Shown here one piece after another: positions 47,577-57,361 of a stretch of DNA of 64,000 nt (position 1 is the first letter of the stretch; every line of letters starts with the position of its first letter). Source of the stretch: an uncultured Alphaproteobacteria bacterium (lineage in GTDB: Bacteria > Pseudomonadota > Alphaproteobacteria > Rhizobiales > Xanthobacteraceae); contig CAWFLX010000060.1 of NCBI GenBank assembly GCA_963816775.1, forward strand, positions 2,600 to 66,599, given 5' to 3'. The notes below the pieces were generated by a model. It saw only the letters and a list, made by a program, of their open reading frames with translations. It did no database searches and had not been told where the DNA came from. The translations under genes and the position numbers were made by a program.

Positions 47577-49214
47577 GTGACGCAGGGACAAACGCACGCG
47601 CTGGAGCGGACCTACGACGGCATCGTCATCGGCGCCGGGCACCATGGACTGGTGCTCGGCTCATATTTGGCGCGCCAGGGCCTGGATATTCTGCTGGTCG
47701 AGCGCCGCCTCAGCTATGGGGGCGGGCTCGCCACAGAAGAAGTCACGCTGCCGGGTTTCTACCACAACCTGCATTCGATCAATCATTTCCACATCAGCGA
47801 GACCCCTTGGTTCAACGACCTCGGTCTCGCTGAACGGGTCACCTACATCACGCCGCGCTACGAGTTCGGACAGGCACACCGCGATGGCACCGCGCTGGTG
47901 TTCGGTCGTGAGCTTGAGGAGACCGTCGCCAACATCGCACGGTTCTCGACGCGTGACGCCAAGACGTTCCGGGACTGGAATGCCCGCGCCGAAGAGATGA
48001 CGCGCCAGATCCTGATCCCGGAGCGATTTGCCGAGCCGCTGCCACAAGCCGAGCGCGACGCTCTGTTGGCGCAGACGCCGCTCGGGCGCGAATTCTACGC
48101 GGTGACCCAACGCCAGCCGCTCGATCTCGTGGAAGAACTGTTCGAGAACGAGCATGTACGGCTGCTGTTTCTGTTCAAGGTCTCGCTGTTCGGTACCTGG
48201 CTCACCGATACGCTGTCGAAGACAAGCCCGATGGGCTCGGTGATCCGCGCATTCGACCTCAAGACCGGCTACCAGCTTTGCCAGGGCGGCTCGTTCAACC
48301 TGGCGCGCGGCCTGATGGAGACCTTCATCGCGGCGGGCGGGCGCTATGCGCCGCAAGTCGCGATCGATCGCATTCTGATCGAAGGCAGTCGCGCAACCGG
48401 CATTACGCTCACCGACGGCCGCACGGTGCGTGCGCGCCAGTTCGTGGCGTCAACCATCGACGTGCATCAGACCTTGGAAAATATGATCGGGCGCGCACAG
48501 TTGCCCGCGGCGATGCAAGCCAAGCTCGACGGATTCCAATATACGGCCTGGACGTTGTTCGGCCTGCACCTTGCTCTCAACGAGAGCCCGCGTTTCGCAG
48601 CCGAAGCCTTTGACCCCAATATCAACCGCGCGCTCAAATGGAGTTTCGGCGCAGAGACCATGGCAGATCTCGCGACAGCTCATCGCGAAGTGCAACAGGG
48701 ACGGGTGCCGTCAATCGTCCAGTTCGGCTCCGGTCCGCTCAGCCTGCTCGATCCGACGCAGGCGCCGCCCGGCAAACACACGACCTACGCCTGGCATGTG
48801 ATGCCGCTCGACCCGGATACCGGGGGCGCCGGCTATGAAGAGTGGAAGCAGGAATTCGCCGACAAGATCATCGAGACCTTCGCGCGCTATTGCCCGAACA
48901 TGACGAGCCGCAACATCCTCGGCCAATACATCTACACCGGGCGCGAATACACCCAGGAAATGGTCAACATGCGCGGCGGCGACATTTTCATGGGCGCGTT
49001 CTGCGCCGAGCAGGTGATGTACAACCATTTCGGCTACCGCACGCCGATCCCAAACCTTTACTACGCGGGTTCGGCGGCGCATCCGGGCGGCGCGATCTCC
49101 GGCGGCGGGGGCTACATCACGGCCGGCATTATCGCGCGCGACCTCGGGCTCAAGCCGTGGTGGCAGCCGTGGGACGCGCGCGTCGCGCTGGAACAGATGG
49201 CGAAGGCCGCATGA
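47577..49214 (+). CDS. FAD-dependent oxidoreductase, phytoene desaturase (CrtI)-like family
   Basis: GTG start. DGIVIGAGHHGLVLGSYLARQG dinucleotide motif. 545 aa. Confidence 0.75.
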   Translation: MTQGQTHALERTYDGIVIGAGHHGLVLGSYLARQGLDILLVERRLSYGGGLATEEVTLPGFYHNLHSINHFHISETPWFNDLGLAERVTYITPRYEFGQAHRDGTALVFGRELEETVANIARFSTRDAKTFRDWNARAEEMTRQILIPERFAEPLPQAERDALLAQTPLGREFYAVTQRQPLDLVEELFENEHVRLLFLFKVSLFGTWLTDTLSKTSPMGSVIRAFDLKTGYQLCQGGSFNLARGLMETFIAAGGRYAPQVAIDRILIEGSRATGITLTDGRTVRARQFVASTIDVHQTLENMIGRAQLPAAMQAKLDGFQYTAWTLFGLHLALNESPRFAAEAFDPNINRALKWSFGAETMADLATAHREVQQGRVPSIVQFGSGPLSLLDPTQAPPGKHTTYAWHVMPLDPDTGGAGYEEWKQEFADKIIETFARYCPNMTSRNILGQYIYTGREYTQEMVNMRGGDIFMGAFCAEQVMYNHFGYRTPIPNLYYAGSAAHPGGAISGGGGYITAGIIARDLGLKPWWQPWDARVALEQMAKAA

Positions 49215-49235
49215 ACCGGAACGTTTGAAGCGCCG

Positions 49236-50153
49236 CTACGTCATCGTGTTGGTGAGCGACCCGATCTCGGCGATTTCAACCTTCACGACGTCCCCTGCTT
49301 TGAGGAACTCGCCGCGGCCGGCACCGACGCCGGCCGGCGTGCCGGTCATGATCACGTCGCCCGGATAGAGCGTGATGCCGGTCGACAGGTGCGAGATCTG
49401 CTCGGCGATCGTGAAGATCATGTTGCCGGAGTTCGAGTTCTGCTTGAGGGTGTCGTTCACCCATAGCTTGATGGCGAGCTTGCTGGGGTTGGAAACATAA
49501 GCCGCAGGCGTGATCCAGGGCCCGAGCGGGCACGATCCATCAAAGCTCTTATGCCGGATCCAATCGGCTCGGAACGGGGAGGATTCAGGCAGCTGCGGGC
49601 GAAAGCCGAGATCGCGCGCGGAGAGGTCGTTGCCGACCGTATAACCGGCAACGCAGCTGAGCGCGTTTTCAAGCGTAAGGTCGCGCGCCTTGCGGCCGAT
49701 CACCACGGCGAGCTCGGCCTCCCAGTCCATCTTCTTGGAGTAGTTTGAGATGCTGACTTTCGCGTCGGGGTCGGTCACTGAGCGCGCCGCCTTGATGAAG
49801 AACCAGGGTTTCAGTCCGAGCTCATGCGGATCAGGCTGCGGCGGCTGACCGGCCGCCTTCCACATCTCCTCGGCGTGGTCCTGGTAGTTCGCGCCGGCGC
49901 AATAGATCGTCCCCGGCCAGCGTACCGGCGCCAGCAATTTCGTTTGCTTCACCGGCTTGCCGTCGCCTTTGGGCGCCTTCGAGGCAGCGTCGAGAAGCTT
50001 GTGTGCGGTGTCCCAGTCCGCGAGCACGTCAAGCACGCTCGCATACTTGGGCTGGCCGGTGAGTGCGGCGACGTCGTACACGAGATCGTTGATGACCGCA
50101 CCGGCGCGAGGTCCTTGCGCGGATTCGTAGGTCGCCAATTTGTAACCGGCCAT
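49236..50153 (-). CDS. fumarylacetoacetate hydrolase (FAH) family protein
   Basis: C-terminal FAH fold sequence (WEAELAVVIG, GDVIMTGTPAGVG). Confidence 0.85.
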   Translation of the reverse strand: MAGYKLATYESAQGPRAGAVINDLVYDVAALTGQPKYASVLDVLADWDTAHKLLDAASKAPKGDGKPVKQTKLLAPVRWPGTIYCAGANYQDHAEEMWKAAGQPPQPDPHELGLKPWFFIKAARSVTDPDAKVSISNYSKKMDWEAELAVVIGRKARDLTLENALSCVAGYTVGNDLSARDLGFRPQLPESSPFRADWIRHKSFDGSCPLGPWITPAAYVSNPSKLAIKLWVNDTLKQNSNSGNMIFTIAEQISHLSTGITLYPGDVIMTGTPAGVGAGRGEFLKAGDVVKVEIAEIGSLTNTMT

Positions 50154-50304
50154 GTCGTCCTCCCTGTTCTGCGGCCCCGGGAATATCGTATTTCCCCGAA
50201 CGTGCCTATATGCCGACCAAGCCGAAGCGTCCGCGCAGGCGCATAGCGGTTTTGCGTCCGCATCGCTCTCGTTGCGCTATAATAGAGGTGTAGCGGAGGA
50301 AACG

Positions 50305-51198
50305 ATGATCAAAGCGCGCCGGATAGGACACGCCGTATTCGAAACGCCGGACGTCGAGCGGCTGTGCGACCACTACACCGATGTGGTCGGCCTCGTGCCG
50401 GCTGCCAAGGATAGGGACCGGCGCTATCTCGCCAGCAAGCTCGGGCATCTCGCGATCGAGCTGCGTGCTGGCGGCGCAGCAGGATGCCGCAAGCTCTCCT
50501 TCGAAATCGCGCCTGGCACCGACCTTAACGACGCCGCGCGCGAGCTCGACAAGAACGGGGTTCGCAGCGAGCGCAGCAATGACCCGGCTCCCGGTATCGC
50601 CCAGACGCTGACGTTCAGTGACCCGAAAGGCACGCAGATCGAGCTGTTCACCGCTTGGAATCCGCTCGGCAACGGGACGCAGCCCAAGGGCGTCGCGGCC
50701 ACCAAGCTCGGCCATCTCGCCTATTTTGCGCCCGACCTGCAGAAGATCCTCGATTTCTACGGCGGCCTGCTTGGGTTTCGGGTGTCGGATTGGATCGGCG
50801 ATTATTTCGTCTTCATGCGCTGTAATCCGGATCACCACACGGTGAATTTCGTGCGCGATCCGCGCGCCCGCATGCACCACATCGCGTTCGAGCTCGCCGA
50901 CATCGTGCACCTGAAAAACGCCTGCGATGTCCTCGCCAAGCACAAGATCGACATCATCTGGGGACCGGTGCGCCACGGCCCCGGCCACAACATTTCGATC
51001 TATTATCGCGAGCCTGACGATCAGGTCATCGAGCTGTTCTGCGAACTCGACCAGATGAGGGATGAGGAGCTCGGCTATTTCGAGCCGCGCCCCTGGCATC
51101 GCGACAAGCCGCAGCGCCCGAAAGTGTGGGAACCGGGACCGACGTCGAACATCTGGGGCCCGCCGCCGACGCCGGACTTTCTACGCGGCCGGCCGTAA
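50305..51198 (+). CDS. two-domain VOC-family extradiol ring-cleavage dioxygenase
   Basis: ATG 50305 after GGAGGA. Two glyoxalase/VOC modules (IGHAVFE..., LGHLAYF..., HHIAFEL). Confidence 0.8.
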   Translation: MIKARRIGHAVFETPDVERLCDHYTDVVGLVPAAKDRDRRYLASKLGHLAIELRAGGAAGCRKLSFEIAPGTDLNDAARELDKNGVRSERSNDPAPGIAQTLTFSDPKGTQIELFTAWNPLGNGTQPKGVAATKLGHLAYFAPDLQKILDFYGGLLGFRVSDWIGDYFVFMRCNPDHHTVNFVRDPRARMHHIAFELADIVHLKNACDVLAKHKIDIIWGPVRHGPGHNISIYYREPDDQVIELFCELDQMRDEELGYFEPRPWHRDKPQRPKVWEPGPTSNIWGPPPTPDFLRGRP

Positions 51199-51885
51199 GA
51201 CTTCGGCTATCGTCTCTTTGCGCTCCAGCATGGTCTCGTAGCTCGCGCCCATGACCTTGGAGACCGGTTCGCCGCGATCGACCGCCGCCGACATCTGATC
51301 GCTCTTGGCGAGGATCGCCTCGGCGCGCGCCAACACCTGCGCGATGTGTGCTGCCGGAATCACCACACAGCCGCTGCGGTCGGCCGCGACATAGTCTCCC
51401 GGCATGACGATCGCATCGCCCAGCCGGATCGTGACCTGACAGCCGGCCTCGTGGATGCGCCCCCGCGCCGTGCGCGCCGTGCAACCGCGCGCGTAGACCG
51501 GATAGCCGAGCTTGTTGGCTTCTTCGACGTCGCGGGTCAGACCATCGACGATCGACCCGGCAACGCCACGATGCTGCGCTGCGCGCGAGAGAATGCCACC
51601 CCAGCCGGCTGCGTCGACGCCGGTGCGCTGCTCGACCACGATCACGTTGTCGGGCCCGCCGGCTTCGACGGCGGCCGTTGAAAGGTGGCGCGTTACACCC
51701 GGCGGCGAGGGGCCGGCGCCAATGCGCACCGTGATGGCGCGCCCGGCAATCGGTCGTGCGCCGCTCGTCAGGACGAGGCCGGTCACCGCCGGCGTCATGC
51801 CGAGGGCATCCAATGCATCCGAAAGATCGCAGATGTCGAGCACGCGCAGCCGACCGAGAAATGGATCCTTGGACATCTGCTTCAT
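51181..51885 (-). CDS. RraA family protein (HMG/CHA aldolase-like)
   Basis: 234 aa. RraA-like sequence (DLSDALD..., GGILS..., GDYVAADRSGCVVIP). Confidence 0.8.
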   Translation of the reverse strand: MKQMSKDPFLGRLRVLDICDLSDALDALGMTPAVTGLVLTSGARPIAGRAITVRIGAGPSPPGVTRHLSTAAVEAGGPDNVIVVEQRTGVDAAGWGGILSRAAQHRGVAGSIVDGLTRDVEEANKLGYPVYARGCTARTARGRIHEAGCQVTIRLGDAIVMPGDYVAADRSGCVVIPAAHIAQVLARAEAILAKSDQMSAAVDRGEPVSKVMGASYETMLERKETIAEVLRPAA

Positions 51886-52853
51886 TTTCCCTTGATGGAT
51901 TGGACAATCGGCGCCAGCCGCATGAGATCAGACTTGATCAACGCCGCAAACTCCGCTGGCGTGCTGGTCACCACATTGATGCCCTGTGCATCAAGCTTTG
52001 CGATCATATCGGGTGCCGTAATTTGAGCGACAAACAGTGCACGCAGCGCCGCGACGACGTCGTCAGGCGTCCCCGCCGGAGCGACCAGTCCGTACCAAAG
52101 ATCAAGCTCCATGTCGCGATACCCGAGCTCGTCGAGTGTCGGCACGTCCGGCAGCGCCTTCAGCCGCCCCCGTGACGGAACGGCGAGCGCGCGCAAACGC
52201 CCGTCGTCGAGAAAAGGCTTCGCGCCGCCGTAACTGCCGAAGATGAAGGACACGCGTCCGGAGACGAGGTCTGGATAGGCCTGCGCCGAGCCTCGATAGG
52301 GCACATGCACAAACGGCACGCCGGCCGCTTTGCTGAACATTTCCGCCAGTAATTGGCCGCCGGAGCCCTGGCCTTGCGAGCCGTAAGCGAGACCGCCAGG
52401 CGTGTTGCGGGCAAGCGCGACGAGGTCAGCGACCGAGTTTGCTTTGAGATCCGCCGGCACGACCAGCAACGACGGAAATGCGAACAACAGTGTGAGCGGC
52501 TTGAAATCGCCAACCGGATCGAGCGGGAAATCCGCCAGCAGGTTCGGGTTGATGGCGAACGTCGGAAGATCGGTCAGGAACAACGTCGTCCCGTCCGGCG
52601 GCGATTGTTTGGTCGCCAGCGCCGCAATCACGCCGCCGCCACCGGTCTTGTTTTCGACCACGAACGTCGGCCCGCCGGACGCCGTGATGCGTTGGGCAAG
52701 GTTGCGCACAATGACGTCGGCCGGTCCACCGGCCGCGTAGGGAATGAATACCCGTACCGGCCGATCGGGGACTTGGGCGATCGCGGCCGTCACCAGGCTT
52801 GCCAGGAACAAACAGATGATTCCGGGGATTCCGTGCTTGGCCAGTGCCGGCAT
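51882..52853 (-). CDS. Bug/TctC-family tripartite tricarboxylate transporter substrate-binding protein
   Basis: Signal peptide. PYAAGGPADVIVR and ENKTGGGG motifs. Confidence 0.85.
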   Translation of the reverse strand: MPALAKHGIPGIICLFLASLVTAAIAQVPDRPVRVFIPYAAGGPADVIVRNLAQRITASGGPTFVVENKTGGGGVIAALATKQSPPDGTTLFLTDLPTFAINPNLLADFPLDPVGDFKPLTLLFAFPSLLVVPADLKANSVADLVALARNTPGGLAYGSQGQGSGGQLLAEMFSKAAGVPFVHVPYRGSAQAYPDLVSGRVSFIFGSYGGAKPFLDDGRLRALAVPSRGRLKALPDVPTLDELGYRDMELDLWYGLVAPAGTPDDVVAALRALFVAQITAPDMIAKLDAQGINVVTSTPAEFAALIKSDLMRLAPIVQSIKGK

Positions 52854-52871
52854 CCTTGCCTCCGCGGTGTT

Positions 52872-53420
52872 CTACGCTGCGAAAGGGAATTTCTCCAAAT
52901 AGCTTCGATATTCGTCCTCGAGGTCGACCTGCAGGGCGGCCAGGATCCGCACGACACCGTTGTAGTTCGCGATGGCGTACAGGAGTTCGACAAGTTGCGT
53001 GTTATCGAAGGCGGCGCGCAGCTCCGCAAAGGTTTTATCGGAGACGGTGCGGCCATCGGTCATTTCGCGCGCGGCGCGCAGCACCGATTTGGCAAGCGGC
53101 TCAAGCTTGCTCGGCCGTCCTGCTGTCTCTTGTGCAATCGCGCGTAGATCATCCTCGGTCACGCCGAACGAGAAGCCGATCTTGATGTGGTGCGTATATT
53201 CGTACGCCGAACGCGCCGAATAACCGACTTGGATGATCGCGAGTTCGCGCAGACGCGGGTCAACCTTGGTTTCGTGGCGGATGTAGCGCGCCATCGAGCC
53301 GGACAGGAATGCGAGCTGCGGACTGTTGGAAAGTGCGCGCGTGACATTAGCATCGCTGCTGAGCTGGTTGCGGTACTGCTCAGGCAAATCCTTGTTGTCG
53401 ACGTAGGGGACCCGTGCCAT
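52872..53420 (-). CDS. carboxymuconolactone decarboxylase (AhpD-like) family protein
   Basis: ATG 53420 after GGAGGAG. CMD-family helical sequence. Confidence 0.75.
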   Translation of the reverse strand: MARVPYVDNKDLPEQYRNQLSSDANVTRALSNSPQLAFLSGSMARYIRHETKVDPRLRELAIIQVGYSARSAYEYTHHIKIGFSFGVTEDDLRAIAQETAGRPSKLEPLAKSVLRAAREMTDGRTVSDKTFAELRAAFDNTQLVELLYAIANYNGVVRILAALQVDLEDEYRSYLEKFPFAA

Positions 53421-53582
53421 CCGGCGCTCCTCCAATTTCAATGACAGATCGCCTGCATTATGGGTCGTCACATCGCGATGGGACAGACGTGGTGCGAACG
53501 TCGGACGATGAGCCTGATGGGGCATGCCGCGCGCAGCGTCGATGCGCTACAGTTCGCGCGTCGCTTCGCGAAAGGCCGGTCG

Positions 53583-54515
53583 ATGGCGGGTGAAACCAGA
53601 ATAGGATTTATCGGGATCGGCGCCATGGGCGCGCGCATGGCGGCCAATCTGGCGCGTGCGGGCGTTTCCCTAACAGTGCACGACGCTGATCGCCGCAAGG
53701 TCGAACAATTCACGCAATCGCACCAGGCGCGCCCCGCAACGTCTCTTGGTGATCTCGGGCGCAGCTCCGACGTCGTCATTACCATGCTTCCGACCGGGCC
53801 GATTGTGCGCCAGGTTTTCCTGCACGAAGAGACCGGCGCATTGGAAGCGTCGCTCGCACCCGGCAGCGTGGTCATCGACATGACCTCGTCGGAACCGACC
53901 GGCACGCGCGAGCTTTCCGCCGTTCTGGCCAAGCGCGACGTTACGCTGATCGACGCACCGGTTTCCGGCGGCATCACCGGCGCCGAACAGGGCCGGCTCG
54001 TCATGATGGTCGGCACCGACAACAAGGCCGCGCTTGAGCGCGTCCGTCCGGTCCTGGCGGTGCTCGGGCATCGCGTCTTCGAGGTCGGCGGATCGGGTGC
54101 CGGCCACGCCATGAAGGCGCTGAACAACTATGTGTCGGGCACCGGTTTCATGGCGGCCATCGAAGCGCTGGTGATCGGCAAAAGCTTCGGCCTCGATCCG
54201 GCCGTGATGGTCGATGTGCTCAACGAGTCCACCGGTCGGAACTTCGCCACGGCCAATACGCTCAAGCAGGAGGTGATTAGCCGCGCGTTCGCGACTGAGT
54301 TCGTGCTCGGCCTGCTCGCCAAGGACGTCAAGATTGCCGCCGATCTTGCCGAGGATATCCGGATCAATGCGCCGCTCGTGCGCGCGAGCCGCGACCTGAT
54401 CCTGCGGGCGCGCGAGGCGGTCGGTGGCGACGCGGACCACACCGCCGCGATTAAATATTGGGAAGCGCTCAACGGCATGGTGCTGAGCCCGGGCCGCCAC
54501 GGGGCCCCGGAGTAA
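53583..54515 (+). CDS. NAD(P)-dependent dehydrogenase, 3-hydroxyisobutyrate dehydrogenase family
   Basis: ATG 53583. IGFIGIGAMGARMAANL. DAPVSGG motif. Confidence 0.85.
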   Translation: MAGETRIGFIGIGAMGARMAANLARAGVSLTVHDADRRKVEQFTQSHQARPATSLGDLGRSSDVVITMLPTGPIVRQVFLHEETGALEASLAPGSVVIDMTSSEPTGTRELSAVLAKRDVTLIDAPVSGGITGAEQGRLVMMVGTDNKAALERVRPVLAVLGHRVFEVGGSGAGHAMKALNNYVSGTGFMAAIEALVIGKSFGLDPAVMVDVLNESTGRNFATANTLKQEVISRAFATEFVLGLLAKDVKIAADLAEDIRINAPLVRASRDLILRAREAVGGDADHTAAIKYWEALNGMVLSPGRHGAPE

Positions 54516-54535
54516 ATCGAGTGAAGGAGTGAGAC

Positions 54536-55753
54536 ATGGCGCTTGCCCGCGAGTTCGCCCGCGACGCTTCGAACGGCACTTCATTGGTCGAGAAAGCCAA
54601 GGAGCTGCATCCGCTCGTTGCCGGCGAGGCGGCGCGCGGCGAGGCCAAGGGGATGCTGACCGAAGCGACCCTCGCTGCGCTTCGCGACAACGGCTTTCTC
54701 GGCATGTGGATTCCGCGATGTTTCGGTGGGAGCGAGACAGGGCCGGTCGAATTCCTCAGCGTGATCGAGCAAACGAGTTACTCCGACGGCTCGACCGGCT
54801 GGGTGCTGATGGCCGCGCAGGTCGCGATGGGCACCGCCGCCGCTTATCTCGAAACCGGCGCCGCCAACCAACTGTTCGCTCAACGCATGCCGGTAATAGC
54901 CGGCCAGGGCGCACCTAACGGGCGCGCTGACGTCGAGGGCCGCGGTTATCGGCTCAGCGGCAAGTGGTCCTACGGCAGCGGCCTCTTGCACTCGGAATAC
55001 ATCCACACCGGCGCGGTCGTGCACGAGAACGGCGCTCCCCGCATGTTGCCTGGCGGCCGATTTCCCGACATTCGCATTTTCATTCTGCCGGTCGAGCAGG
55101 CGAAGCTGACCGGCAACTGGGACGTGCTCGGGCTACGCGCCACCGGATCGGTCGACTACACGATCGACAATGTATATGTGCCCGAAGAAATGACCCACCT
55201 GCAGTCGGCGAATGTCGCGGTGCAGGGTGGAAATCTCTTCAAGTTGCGCATCTTTGGGCTCAGCACCATCGGGCATACCGGGTTTGCGCTCGGCATTGGG
55301 CGCCGCATTCTCGATGAGCTCGCGCGGCTCGCGCGTCAGGAGACCGGCCGGCCCCAGATCCTGCCGCAGCAGGGCGGCGGCGAGAGCTTTCATGAACAGT
55401 TCGGTCTGGCCGAAGCCAAGGTGCGTGCCTCGCGAGCTTTCGCCTACGAGAGCTGGCGCGACATCGAGGCGACGCTCGATCGCGGCGATGAGCCCAACAC
55501 GCGCCAGATCACCTTGGTACGGCTCGCGCTCAACTATGCGACTTCGGCGATCGCCGAGGTCTGCGCGTTCGCGTATCACTACGGAGGCGGCGTCGCATTA
55601 CGCGACGGCATCCTGCAGCGCTGCTTCCGCGACATGCACGCCGGCACCCAGCACGCCACCACATCGACCGGCATCCTGCGCGAATGCGCGCGTGAACTTC
55701 TCGGTGTGGCGCCGGGCAAGGTCTGGGCGCCGCGCATGCTGATCGATCCGTAG
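54536..55753 (+). CDS. acyl-CoA dehydrogenase-fold protein (type-2 / flavin monooxygenase-like)
   Basis: 405 aa. ACAD N/M/C domains. The stop TAG lies inside the family-1 repeat. Confidence 0.8.
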   Translation: MALAREFARDASNGTSLVEKAKELHPLVAGEAARGEAKGMLTEATLAALRDNGFLGMWIPRCFGGSETGPVEFLSVIEQTSYSDGSTGWVLMAAQVAMGTAAAYLETGAANQLFAQRMPVIAGQGAPNGRADVEGRGYRLSGKWSYGSGLLHSEYIHTGAVVHENGAPRMLPGGRFPDIRIFILPVEQAKLTGNWDVLGLRATGSVDYTIDNVYVPEEMTHLQSANVAVQGGNLFKLRIFGLSTIGHTGFALGIGRRILDELARLARQETGRPQILPQQGGGESFHEQFGLAEAKVRASRAFAYESWRDIEATLDRGDEPNTRQITLVRLALNYATSAIAEVCAFAYHYGGGVALRDGILQRCFRDMHAGTQHATTSTGILRECARELLGVAPGKVWAPRMLIDP

Positions 55754-55784
55754 GATGGGTTGAGCGGAGCGAAACCCATCCTAC
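55750..55784. repeat. solo (collapsed) family-1 repeat
   Basis: GTAGGATGGGTT-GAGCGGAGCGA-AACCCATCCTAC: a single 12-bp-stem hairpin carrying both terminal motifs. Confidence 0.85.
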
Positions 55785-55792
55785 AACCTCGC

Positions 55793-56350
55793 CTACGCCA
55801 TCCCGCGTAAGCTCAGCGACAGAGCTACCCAAGCGCCGCCGTAAAAGATGAGTTCGATGCCGACGAACATGCCGATCACCCAAAGCCCGGAGACCGGCCA
55901 CTGCGCCAGCACCAGAACGCCCAAGACAAGGGTGATCGCCCCGTTGAGAACGTGCCAGCCCCAGCCAGGCAGACCGATCCAGAACGGTTCGATCAGCTGA
56001 AACAAGCCCGCCACCAGGAAGAACGCGCCCATCAGAAGGGTCACGATTTCGGCGGTCACGATCGGGCGCCACACCATCAGCACGCCGACGACACCGAACA
56101 AAACCGCGGCAAGCGCGTGCTGGAACTGGCCGGCCCATTTGCCGACCATGATGAGTTGTATGATCTCGATACCGGCCGCGATCACCAGCAGCCAGCCAAA
56201 GAACAGCATCGAGACGACGGTGGCGGCCACGGAACGCACGATCGCCAGAACGCCGAGCAGCACCAGGCCGATCCCAAAAGCCAGGAACCAGCCCCAATTG
56301 TGGATGATCTCCGCCGGGATGCGCACATCCAAGGCCTGAATCTCGCTCAT
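55793..56350 (-). CDS. HdeD/DUF308 family membrane protein
   Basis: ATG 56350. Six TM-like segments with the repeated DUF308 pattern. Confidence 0.7.
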   Translation of the reverse strand: MSEIQALDVRIPAEIIHNWGWFLAFGIGLVLLGVLAIVRSVAATVVSMLFFGWLLVIAAGIEIIQLIMVGKWAGQFQHALAAVLFGVVGVLMVWRPIVTAEIVTLLMGAFFLVAGLFQLIEPFWIGLPGWGWHVLNGAITLVLGVLVLAQWPVSGLWVIGMFVGIELIFYGGAWVALSLSLRGMA

Positions 56351-56441
56351 AGTGTTGTCTCCCCCTATGCCACGATGGGACTTGCTCGCAATTCTCATTC
56401 TGCCCGATGATGCGACAGACACAAAGAGCCAAGGAACGCCC

Positions 56442-57299
56442 ATGACCGTTCAAGAACGCTCCAGCGAAGCCAAGCCCGCGCCCGGCGGCACCAACGTCAA
56501 GGTCGAGTTCAAGGACCGGATCGCCTGGGTCTTTCTCAACCGTCCGGAAAAGCGCAACGCCATGAGCCCGGCGCTCAATCGCGAAATGATCGAGGTGCTC
56601 GATGCGCTCGAGATCGACGATCGCTGCGAGGTGCTGGTGCTCACCGGGGCGGGCGAAGCGTTCTCGGCCGGGATGGACCTGAAGGAGTATTTCCGCGAAG
56701 TCGACACCGCGACCCCGGTCGAAGCGATGCGGGTGCGCCGCAACTCGATGGCCTGGCAGTGGCGGCGGTTGCGGTTCTTCCCTAAACCGACCATCGCGAT
56801 GGTCAACGGCTGGTGCTTCGGCGGCGGGTTCACGCCGCTTGTGTCCTGCGACATCGCGGTCGCAGCCGAGGACGCGATCTTCGGTCTCTCGGAGATCAAC
56901 TGGGGCATCATTCCGGCCGGCAACGTAACGCGGGCCGTCGCGGAGAAAATGATGCCGGCCGATGCGCTCTACTATTTGATGACCGGCGAGACCTTCGACG
57001 GCCGCAAGGCCGCCGCCATGCGGCTTGTCAACGAGGCGGTGCCACTCGCGCAATTGCGCGACCGCACCGAGGAGATCGCCAAGAAACTGATGGAGAAGAA
57101 CCCGCACGTGCTGAGCGCAGTCAAGCTCGCCTATCGTCGCGTCAAGGACATGACCTGGGAAGAATCCGAGGACTATCTCTACGCCAAGGCGCAGGAGACC
57201 TATTCGACCGATCCGGAAGAAGGGCGCCGGAAGGGGATGGCTCAGTTCCTCGACGAAAAATCATTCCGGCCGGGGCTGAAAAACTACCGGCGCGATTGA
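56442..57299 (+). CDS. ech: 4-hydroxycinnamoyl-CoA (feruloyl-CoA) hydratase/lyase
   Basis: ATG 56442 after AAGGAA. Near-continuous resemblance to the Pseudomonas HCHL sequence as I recall it (NRPEKRNAMSP, GMDLKEYFRE, PTIAMVNGWCFGGGF, GLSEINWGI, EDYLYAK, FLD.KS..PGL). Confidence 0.85.
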   Translation: MTVQERSSEAKPAPGGTNVKVEFKDRIAWVFLNRPEKRNAMSPALNREMIEVLDALEIDDRCEVLVLTGAGEAFSAGMDLKEYFREVDTATPVEAMRVRRNSMAWQWRRLRFFPKPTIAMVNGWCFGGGFTPLVSCDIAVAAEDAIFGLSEINWGIIPAGNVTRAVAEKMMPADALYYLMTGETFDGRKAAAMRLVNEAVPLAQLRDRTEEIAKKLMEKNPHVLSAVKLAYRRVKDMTWEESEDYLYAKAQETYSTDPEEGRRKGMAQFLDEKSFRPGLKNYRRD

Positions 57300-57361
57300 G
57301 GCGGCTTCGCACCGCATCGACGACGTTGTGGCGACATGCGCTTCTCAGGAGATGATCTGCC

